The position numbers and the translations under genes were made by a program. The notes beneath the pieces are model-generated. The model was not told where the DNA came from and searched no databases. It was given only the letters and a program-made list of their open reading frames with translations. A DNA stretch of 64,000 bases from Bugula neritina (Eukaryota > Animalia > Bryozoa). Positions 17,901 through 27,892 of the stretch are shown here, piece by piece. Location: positions 13,204,818 to 13,268,817 of the forward strand of contig OZ037772.1 of assembly GCA_964035545.1 (NCBI GenBank). The letters are read 5' to 3'. How positions within the stretch are numbered: position 1 is the stretch's first letter; each line of letters starts with the position of its first letter.

Positions 17901-18877
17901 TGTAGTTAGTGTGTAGATATACTGTAGTTAGTGTGTAGTCATACTGTAGTTAGTGTGTAGATATACTGTAGTTAGTGTGTAGATATACTGTAGTTAGTGC
18001 GTAGATATACTGTAGTTAGTGTGTAGATATACTGTAGTTAGTGTGTAGTCATACTGTAGTTAGTGTGTAGATATACTGTAGTTAGTGTGTAGTCACACTG
18101 TAGTTAGTGTGTAGATATACTGTAGTTAGTGTGTAGTCATATTGTTGCCATTATTGTAGAGCTCAGCTGCTTCTTCTGCGGAAATCTCAGCTGCTAAATC
18201 TCAACGAGAGAGAGAACGACTCCGAGAGCAGGAAAGGCGTAAAAGAATGATGGTACGAGTTACTGTGTATTACTACACCTACACTGTATATTACTACGCC
18301 TACACTGTGTATTACTACACCTACACTGTATATTACTACACCTACACTGTATATTACTACGCCTACACTGTGTATTACTACACCTACACTGTGTATTACT
18401 ACACCTACACTGTATATTACTACGCCTACACTGTGTATTACTACACCTACACTGTATATTACTACACCTACACTGTATATTACTACACCTACACTGTATA
18501 TTACTACACCTACACTGTATATTACTACACTTACACTGTATATTACTACACCTACACTGTATATTACTACGCCTACACTGTGTATTACTACACCTACACT
18601 GTATATTACTACACCTACACTGTATATTACTACACCTACACTGTATATTACTACACTTACACTGTATATTACTACACCTACACTGTATATTACTACGCCT
18701 ACACTGTGTATTACTACACCTACACTGTATATTACTACACCTACACTGTATATTACTACACCTACACTGTATATTACTACACATACACTGTATATTACTA
18801 AACTGTAGATGAAAAGTCAGGTGGACATGGGTGAGCAAAGGCAACTATTTGAGTCTTTTGAGACGGGAACTTACTGA
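8672..18877 (+). CDS. BET-family bromodomain protein (BRD2/3/4, fs(1)h-like), long isoform ~1156 aa: BD1, BD2, ET, SEED and C-terminal motif
   Basis: Exons: 8672-8736, 9890-9935, 10039-10233, 10418-10597, 10770-10902, 11256-11514, 11900-12050, 12160-12724, 13339-13665, 14082-14255, 14361-14525, 14772-14915, 16125-16195, 16498-16608, 16703-16793, 16903-17093, 17228-17342, 17426-17618, 17699-17831, 18160-18252, 18809-18877; phases are consistent. Motifs: [24 protein letters not shown] (BD1), [24 protein letters not shown] (BD2), [26 protein letters not shown]...[18 protein letters not shown] (ET), [43 protein letters not shown] (CTM). AATAAA at 19122. Confidence 0.95.
10910..11232. repeat. 33-bp intronic repeat CTTACTACACTCCTAGCTGTACTCTGTACATCT (BET)
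   Basis: About 10 copies. Confidence 0.95.
11525..11890. repeat. 14-bp intronic repeat TATACTCTACTCTG (BET)
   Basis: Reverse complement of the unit at 4525-5133. Confidence 0.93.
12735..13338. repeat. 22-bp intronic repeat TACACTATATACTATCATACAG ending exactly at the acceptor (BET)
   Basis: The final CAG of the last unit is the acceptor required by the reading frame. Confidence 0.96.
13670..14072. repeat. Pyrimidine-rich intronic repeat, 33-bp unit (BET)
   Basis: CTCTCTCTGTATCTCACTGCGTATTCTCTCTTC, about 8 copies plus degenerate ones. Confidence 0.93.
14543..14760. repeat. ~20-bp intronic repeat CCAACTCCCAGCTACTCTCT (BET)
   Basis: Directly visible. Confidence 0.9.
17832..18140. repeat. 22-bp intronic repeat GTAGTTAGTGTGTAGATATACT (BET)
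   Basis: Starts at the donor. Confidence 0.95.
18262..18800. repeat. 21-bp intronic repeat TATTACTACACCTACACTGTA (BET)
   Basis: Fills the last intron. Confidence 0.95.
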
Positions 18878-19305
18878 GTGATGAATATTGGACATGACTT
18901 CCAGTTCAGTACACATTCTCAAGTCACACTTCACTCAGTTCAAGTCACACTTCGCTCAGTTCAACTCACACTCCACTCAGTTCAAGTCACCTAACTTATT
19001 CAGTGACATCATTTGCTCAACGTTCAGGCTCTGCTAATCTGTACATTAGCCTTGTATTATATAATTCAAATCACTCAACTATCTTGTAATTATCTACTCT
19101 TGTAAATATAATTGTCTACTCAATAAATTTTGATTTTAATTTAAGCATATGAGTTGCCTTACCTTAGTACTATTACTTCAAAACAATCCACATACTGGTA
19201 ACAATCTTGCTTATACATTTATAAACAACAATTTATTTACACCTGCGTGACACAACATACAAACCAACTAGTGATAGCATATATATATATATTTAATGTA
19301 GCATC

Positions 19306-22300
19306 TCATGTAGCCCCGTACTGCCTTGCCGGGAGTTGGGGGTAATAGTGGTAGTACTCAACTCTGTCCCAAGCATTGCTGTCTCCCTGCAGAGCTGCTG
19401 GTAGTTTTGGCATTTGACTCTTCATCTCCGGACTAACAAATAAATGATTCCAGTTTAAACTATCAATTCTGGGCGGGAATGTTTACTAGAATAAAGTTGA
19501 GATAAAAGAACACTAACTCTATCTTGGAGTAGAAGTCTCTCTCAGGAGACAGACTTGATGCCTTCAACAGCGCAAGATGTTTGTCAGCAGTAGACATCTT
19601 CGTAGCAGGCAGTTGATTGGCTGCAGACATCTTCGTAGCAGGCAGCGAATTGGCTGCAGACATCTTCGTAGCAGGCAGCTGATTGGCTGCAGACATCTTC
19701 GTAGCAGGCAGTTGATTGGCTGCAGACATCTTTGTAGCAGGCAGTTGATTGGCTGCAGGCAGCTGAGTGGCTGGTTCTGCCTGCTTCTGCATCGGCAACG
19801 AAGGACCAGTTCTGAAGTATAATAAGGCAGGGAATAGATACTAGACTATACTATACTATATATATATACTATACTATATACTATACTATACTATATACTA
19901 TACCATATACTATACTATATACTATACTATACTATATACTATATACTATACTATATACTATATTATATACTATACTTTAGTCTTTCGTTTCAATGATAAA
20001 AAAAACTCAGTCATATATAGTTAGAGAAGGCAGAGGGTGCAAAAACAAGATAATTTAAATGACTAGTAAAACTAAGTGAATGAATAATCAGCAAGGCAGC
20101 TATAATTTTATACAAGCTGTTGAGTAAAAAACTAATTGAGAAGTTATCTTAGATTGGCCAGTCTACTCTACACTAACAGCTTTGCTGCGTATAGCTTATG
20201 GCTGGCATTTAGACTGCAAGACTGAAGTGGCTTTAATCACTTATAGTAATATAGCTGACATACAGTGTAATATATAGTAATATAGCTGACATACAGTGTA
20301 ATATATAGTAATATAGCTGACATACAGTGTAATATATAGTAATATAGCTGACATACAGTGTAATATATAGTAATATAACTGACATACAGTGTAATATATA
20401 GTAATATAACTGACATACAGTGTAATATATAGTAATATAGCTGACATACAGTGTAATATATAGTAATATAACTGACATACAGCGTAATATATAGTAATAT
20501 AGCTGACATACAGTGTAATATATAGTAATATAACTGACATACAGTGTAATATATAGTAATATAACTGACATACAGTGTAATATATAGTAATATAACTGAC
20601 ATACAGTGTAATATATAGTAATATAACTGACATACAGTGTAATATATAGTAATATAGCTGACATACAGTGTAATATATAGTAATATAACTGACATACAGT
20701 GTAATATATAGTAATATAGCTGACATACAGTGTAATATATAGTAATATAGCTGACATACAGTGTAATATATAGTAATATAACTGACATACAGTGTAATAT
20801 ATAGTAATATAGCTGACATACAGTGTAATATATAGTAATATAACTGACATACAGTGTAATATATAGTAATATAACTGACATACAGTGTAATATATAGTAA
20901 TATAACTGACATACAGTGTAATATATAGTAATATAACTGACATACAGTGTAATATATAGTAATATAACTGACATACAGTGTAATATATAGTAATATAACT
21001 GACATACAGTGTAATATATAGTAATATAGCTGACATACAGTGTAATATATAGTAATATAGCTGACATACAGTGTAATATATAGTAATATAACTGACATAC
21101 AGTGTAATATATAGTAATATAACTGACATACAGTGTAATATATAGTAATATAACTGACATACAGTGTAATATATAGTAATATAGCTGACATACAGTGTAA
21201 TATATAGTAATATAACTGACATACAGTGTAATATATAGTAATATAACTGACATACAGTGTAATATATAGTAATATAACTGACATACAGTGTAATATATAG
21301 TAATATAGCTGACATACAGTGTAATATATAGTAATATAGCTGACATACAGTGTAATATATAGTAATATAGCTGACATACAGTGTAATATATAGTAATATA
21401 ACTGACATACAGTGTAATATATAGTGATATAACTGATATACAATGTAATATATAGTAATATAACTGACATACAGTGTAATATATAGTAATATAACTGACA
21501 TACAGTGTAATATATAGTAATATAACTGACATACAGTGTAATATATAGTAATATAACTGACATACAGTGTAATATATAGTAATATAACTGACATACAGTG
21601 TAATATATAGTAATATAGCTGACATACAGTGTAATATATAGTAATATAACTGCATGACATACAGTGTAATATATAACGTCACTCACACATCATAACTGTT
21701 GTAATCAATTAAAACCATAGAAGATGCACCAGGCAAGGGAAGCGCTGCCTGAGAAGGGGATGAGACTCCATGTCTGTCTGTCATTGGTCTAAAGAGTGCA
21801 ATGTGATTGGTTCATTTATTGCAATGTGATTGGTTCATTTATTGCAATGTGATTGGTTCATTTAATGCAATGTGATTGGTTCATTTAATGCAATGTGATA
21901 TATCATTAATTGCAATATGGTTTGTCCTTTGAATAAGTTTAAACAAATAAAACTTGATGAAATGATAAATTCCCACCTTTTAACTTTTTTATCTGCTGTT
22001 TTGTTGGACTTTGTGTAAACCAGAATGACTACAATGAGAGAGACTATGAGATACAGGAGTTCAGCCAGCAGGAGGAAGAGGTACCTCCGACGTCTCCCAC
22101 TAGTATGTTTACCTGACAACAGATAACACTCAGTGATTGGCTACCAACACCAACACTGAGTCTCACACGTAATTGGCTACTTGAGAAGTAAACACTGCTA
22201 CTAATTGACTACTTGAGAAGTGAACACTGCTACTGATTGGCTACTTCAGAAGTGAACACTGCTACTAATTGGCGACTGGAACTCACTGGAAGCAGATTCT

Positions 22301-25300
22301 GCAGAGACGTGCAATACTCTACACTCCATGGTGTCCTCTTCTATCAAGTAGGTGGTGCCAAGCTTTACCCGCACCTTCACTCTCACTTCCTCCCTTATCC
22401 GTATGGTGACTGCGTAGGTGTCAAGGTCGTCTGAGGAGGGAGAAATGACGAGAGTTGAGGTATCGAGAGCTGAACAGAGCATTGTGGGTCTGTTGAGTAT
22501 ATATACATACTTACTATACGCAGAGTACATACTTACTATACACAGAGTATATACTTACTATACACAGAGTATATACTTACTATACACAGAGTATATACTT
22601 ACTACACACAGAGTATATACTTACTATACACAGAGTATATACTTACTCTTTATTGGGTTCCCTGCGAATAGAGATGGACTGAGTACAACTCGGAACTCCG
22701 GAGAGGGAATAAGTGTAGGTGCCCGGGGAGAGTGACTCAGTCGATTCAAATGGAACTGAAATGAGACTTTCTCCATTCCCAGACAGGCACTCGTCTTTAA
22801 CTATACATGAGGTAGTCCAATATATAACTACGAGTTAGTACTGTAACTATGAGTTAGTACTGTGACTATGAGTTAGTACTGTAACTAGAAGTTAGTACTG
22901 TAACTATGAGTTAGTACTGTAGCTATGGGTTAGTACTGTAACTATGAGTTAGTATTGTAGCTATGGGTTAGTACTGTAACTATGAGTTAGTACTGTAACT
23001 ATGAGTTAGTACTGTAACTATGAGTTAGTACTGTGACTATGAGTTAGTACTGTAACTATGAGTTAGTACTGTAACTATGAGTTAGTACTGTAACTAGGAG
23101 TTAGTACTGTAACTATGAGTTAGTACTGTAACTATGAGTTAGTACTGTAGCTATGGGTTAGTGCTGTAACTAGAAGTTAGTACTGTAACTATGAGTTAGT
23201 GCTATATAAATATAGAAGAATGAAGTTATTCACCATCTTGCAAGGAGAGACTGTGGGTACAAAGACCGGTTGGTTGATGAAGAAAGTAAAGATGCTGTGT
23301 GTTGGAAGATTCTCTAGTGACAGTAAATCCCTCTATAGTGATGGTGTACTGGCTGTCCCTACTGTGTGTAGTGTTGTACAGGTATTCAGTGCAGTCACTG
23401 GGTGCACTGCAACATATACATCTATACTGTATAGTAAGTATATTATAGTAAGTATATTATAGTAAGTATAGTATAGTAAGTATAGTATAGTAAGTATAGT
23501 ATAGTAAGTATAGTATAGTAAGTATAGTATAGTAAGTATAGTATAGTAAGTATAATATATAGTAAGTATAATATAGTAAGTATAGTATAGTAAGTATAGT
23601 ATAGTAAGTATAGTATAGTAAGTATAGTATAGTAAGTATAGTATAGTAAGTATAGTATAGTAAGTATAGTATAGTAAGTATAGTATAGTAAGTATAGTAT
23701 AGTAAGTATAGTATAGTAAGTATAGTATAGTAAGTATAGTATAGTAAGTATAGTATAGTAAGTATAGTATAGTAAGTATAGTATAGTAAGTATAGTATAG
23801 TAAGTATAGTATAGTAAGTATAGTATAGTAAGTATAGTATAGTAAGTATAGTATAGTAAGTATAGTATAGTAAGTATAGTATAGTAAGTATAGTATAGTA
23901 AGTATAGTATAGTAAGTATAGTATAGTAAGTATAGTATAGTAAGTATAGTATAGCAAGTATAGTATAGCAAGTATAGTATAGCAAGTATAGTATAGCAAG
24001 TATAGTATAGCAAGTATAGTATAGCAAGTATAGTATAGCAAGTATAGTATAGCAAGTATAGTATAGTAAGTATAGTATAGTAAGTATAGTATAGTAAGTA
24101 TAGTATAGTAAGTATAGTATAGTAAGTATAGTATAGTAAGTATAGTATAGTAAGTATAGTATAGTAAGTATAGTATAGTAAGTATAGTATAGTAAGTATA
24201 GTATAGTAAGTATAGTATAGTAAGTATAGTATAGTAAGTATAGTATAGTAAGTATAGTATAGTAAGTATAGTATAGTAAGTATAGTATAGTAAGTATAGT
24301 ATAGTAAGTATAGTATAGTAAGTATAGTATAGTAAGTATAGTATAGTAAGTATAGTATAGTAAGTATAGTATAGTAAGTATAGTATAGTAAGTATAGTAT
24401 AGTAAGTATAGTATAGTAAGTATAGTATAGTAAGTATAATATAGTAAGTATAGTATAGTAAGTATAGTATAGTAAGTATAGTACAGTAAGTATAGTATAG
24501 TAAGTATAGTATAGTAAGTATAGTATAGTAAGTATAATATAGTAAGTATAGTACAGTAAGTATAGTACAGTAAGTATAGTACAGTAAGTATAGTATAGTA
24601 AGTATAGTATAGTAAGTATAGTAAGTATAGTATAGTAAGTATAGTAAGTATAACATAGTAAGTATAGTATAGTAAGCATAGAATAGTAAGTACATAATAG
24701 TATATAACTTACGATTCAATAGATGTAGCTGATATATTAAGTGTTTCCAGACAAGTTATATCAGCAACAGAGTAATAAGTATACACTCCGTGTGTTGGGG
24801 CTTTGCCATCAAAAGCAATGACTTTTCTTCCCTGGTAATTTCTTCCATTCACCCAATGCTTTAACTTTGCACAAAACTTGAGCGCTTCCACTAAAGTGTG
24901 GATAACTTACTATTATACGAATAACTTACTACTATACGAATAACTTACTATTATATGAATAACTTACTATTATACGAATAACTTACTATTATACGAATAA
25001 CTTACTATTATACGAATAACTTACTATTATACGAATAACTTACTATTATATGAATAACTTACTATTATACGAATAACTTACTATTATACGAATAACTTAC
25101 TATTATATGAATAACTTACTATTATACGAATAACTTACTATTATACGAATAACTTACTATTATACGAATAACTTACTATTATACGAATAACTTACTATTA
25201 TACGAATAACTTACTATTATACGAATAACTTACTATTATATGAATAACTTACTATTATACGAATAACTTACCATTATACGAATAACTTACTATTATATGA

Positions 25301-26492
25301 ATGACTTACCGTGCACATCTATAATGAGGCTATCAAGCCCTAAAAGCCACCGATTTTGGTTGATCACAAAGGAAGTGATGTCAGATGGCGCACAAAGAAA
25401 GTTTGCTGCGCAGGAAGTACTGGTGCACACCTCTTCTTCTATATGTTGAGAAGAAATGAAGATGGTAGCATCTCGTAGAGTTACAGACGTTGTATTGTCA
25501 TGAATGTAGGTGGTCCTCTCCAGCTGGCTCATCCCTCCCAGATGCACTTTCTGTATAAAGCCAGTCAATGTGCTGATCGTGAGGGGGAAACCCTTGGTCA
25601 ACACCCTGTTCTGATCAAAGTCAACCAATCTCAGCCTCCAGTTGCTCTCCAGAGTGAAGAGTTGCTGCTGGGAGCTGGAGATGATCTGAGTGATAAGAAC
25701 AAAGCCGGCGCGTGAGAAGTCCCCGTCTGTATGACCGGGTCTAGAGCAGCTCCCTACGTGTTGTGATACAGACTTATATGAACCCGGATTCCTGATGTGG
25801 AGACAATGAGCTCCCTGCATCAGCAGAATGTACCTGCCATCTGCAAGAATGTGGAAGTCAATAGGATGTAAAGACCCCTTGTTTACCCCTGAGATAAGAG
25901 TCTCAGTAACGGTGATGTTCTCCACCTCACTGCCCGTGTAATGACGAAACCCGAGAGAGTCCGTAAAGTAGAAGCTCTCAGACTGCTGTCCTCCAAACTC
26001 CATGTGTGTCACAGGACCGACCACCCTAATCTTCCTGTTTAGTATGAAGTCGAGCACATGTGTGGCGGATAAGCTTATCCGCAAGGGGTAAAAGTCATCT
26101 TCCCGACACTCCATACCCATAGAGAGTGTCAACTTGAGCACCTGATGAAATACAACTATGCTAATTAGAGAGAGGACAACTCTGCTAGTTAGAGAGAGGA
26201 CAACTCTGTCAGTTTAAAGAGAGGACAACTCTGTCAGTAGGAGAGAGGACAACTCTGTCAGTTAGAGAGAAGACAACTCTGCTAGTTAGAGAGAGGACAA
26301 TTCTGCTAATTAGAGAGAAGACAACTCTGCTAGTTAGAGAGAAGAAAACTCTGCTAGTTAGAGAGAGGAAAACTATGCTAGTTAGAGAGAGGACAACTCT
26401 GCTAGTTCTGTAGAATAATATAGTTACTGAGTATAAGGAGCAAAAGATCTTACCATCAACACCAGTACTGTATATACTCCGGTGTAAGTCAT
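19306..26492 (-). CDS. Orphan type-I membrane protein 'B' (~757 aa): signal peptide, NHL-like propeller region, two Cys-bracketed modules, TM, long Tyr-containing cytoplasmic tail
   Basis: Exons: 26454-26492, 25310-26141, 24713-24890, 23234-23406, 22647-22800, 22287-22489, 21977-22112, 21687-21788, 20178-20213, 19518-19811, 19306-19432; total 2274 nt, open frame, GT-AG. N-terminus MTYTGVYTVLVLMVLKLTLSMG; motif HVGSCSRPGHTDGDFSRAGF; TM YLFLLLAELLYLIVSLIVVILVY; minus-strand AATAAA at 19232-19237. The tail exons are less certain. Confidence 0.75.
19583..19760 (-). repeat. Coding 30-bp minisatellite encoding (AANQLPATKMS-like)n in the tail of protein B
   Basis: About 5-6 in-frame copies within exon 19518-19811 (unit length approximate: 30-33 bp). 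Confidence 0.8.
20242..21675. repeat. 31-bp intronic minisatellite ATAGTAATATA(A/G)CTGACATACAGTGTAATAT
   Basis: About 46 copies. Confidence 0.97.
22505..22646 (-). repeat. 22-bp donor-initiated repeat GTAAGTATATACTCTGTGTATA
   Basis: The first unit is the real donor of intron 22490-22646. Confidence 0.92.
22832..23200 (-). repeat. 19-bp repeat containing TACTAAC (sense strand ATAGTTACAGTACTAACTC)
   Basis: About 19 copies in intron 22801-23233. Confidence 0.95.
23428..24690. repeat. 14-bp intronic repeat AGTAAGTATAGTAT
   Basis: About 90 copies. Confidence 0.97.
24901..25309 (-). repeat. 19-bp donor-initiated repeat GTAAGTTATTCGTATAATA
   Basis: About 21 copies fill intron 24891-25309, starting at the donor. 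Confidence 0.96.
26160..26407. repeat. ~24-bp intronic repeat GCTAGTTAGAGAGAGGACAACTCT
   Basis: About 10 copies. Confidence 0.92.
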
Positions 26493-26716
26493 GCTTCAAG
26501 AAGATAAGCATGTACTAGTAATGCTGTAAACACATATTTGTATTACTATCACAGCCTCAATCCTCATTTCACAAGTGATTGTTGGCACACTGCATTACAG
26601 CATGAACTCAACTGTTCTCTGGAATATATACATATTTTATTCTTTGTATTCTACTCGAAACCATATCACTGCTTTTATCAATTCAAACACCAACTTACAG
26701 CTGGTACTTACTATAA

Positions 26717-27372
26717 TGATCTACAGTTACTTACTATATAGTAAGTAACTGTAGATCAGTATATACTGATCTACAGTTACTTACTATACTGATCTACAGT
26801 TACTTACTATACTGATCTACAGTTACTTACTATACTGATCTACAGTTACTTACTATATTGATCTACAGTTACTTACTATACTGATCTACAGTTACTTACT
26901 ATACTGATGTACAGTTACTTACTATACTGATCTACAGTTACTTACTATATTGATATACAGTTACTTACTATACTGATCTACAGTTACTTACTATACTGAT
27001 GTACAGTTACTTACTATACTGATCTACAGTTACTTACTATACTGATCTACAGTTACTTACTATACTGATCTACAGTTACTTACTATACTGATCTACAGTT
27101 ACTTACTATACTGATCTACAGTTACTTACTATACTGATCTACAGTTACTTACTATACTGATCTACAGTTACTTACTATACTGATCTACAGTTACTTACTA
27201 TACTGATCTACTGTTACTTACTATACTGATCTACTGTTACTTACTATACTGATCTACTGTTACTTACTATACTGATCTACAGTTACTTACTATACTGATC
27301 TACTGTTACTTACTATACTAATCTACAGTTACTTACTATACTGATCTACAGTTACTTACTATACTGATCTAC
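26717..27372. repeat. 23-bp repeat TACTGATCTACAGTTACTTACTA with one inverted unit
   Basis: Lies between genes A and B, probably in a 5'UTR intron of B. Confidence 0.96.
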
Positions 27373-27569
27373 TCCCACGGATTTGTTCAATTTAATTGCT
27401 AAAGTTCTACATGACACACATAAGATTATACCATGCAAATATGTCCTTGACATTACAGACTATGTCATTGACATTGCAAAATTAAATGTATTAAAATAGA
27501 TGAGTTGATGAATTATAATCTTTATTACTTTATAACAAATTACAACATTTGATTTATTCTTGGTATGCC

Positions 27570-27892
27570 TATGTGTCCTTGACCTGAATTGTTGCTATGT
27601 GTGTGTGTCCTTGACCTGAATTGTTGCTATGTGTGTGTGTCCTTGACCTGAATTTTTGCTATGTGTGTGTGTCCTTGACCTGAATTGTTGCTATGTGTGT
27701 GTGTCCTTGACCTGAATTGTTGCTATGTGTGTGTGTCCTTGACCTGAATTGTTGCTATGTGTGTGTGTCCTTGACCTGAATTGTTGCTATGTGTGTGTCT
27801 CATGACAAGTTGCTATGTGTGTCTCATGACAAGTTGCTGTGTGTGTCTCATGACAAGTTGCTATGTGTGTGTCTCATGACAAGTTGCTATGT
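27570..27892. repeat. Compound ~32-bp and ~23-bp repeats starting at the stop codon of gene A
   Basis: TGTCCTTGACCTGAATTGTTGCTATGTGTGTG and CTCATGACAAGTTGCTATGTGTGT; the unit includes the TAG of gene A. Confidence 0.9.

Noticed and set aside
20233-24719. 420-480-aa Tyr/Ile/Leu-rich ORFs
   Set aside because: They are periodic translations of 31-bp and 14-bp intronic arrays, open in all three frames.
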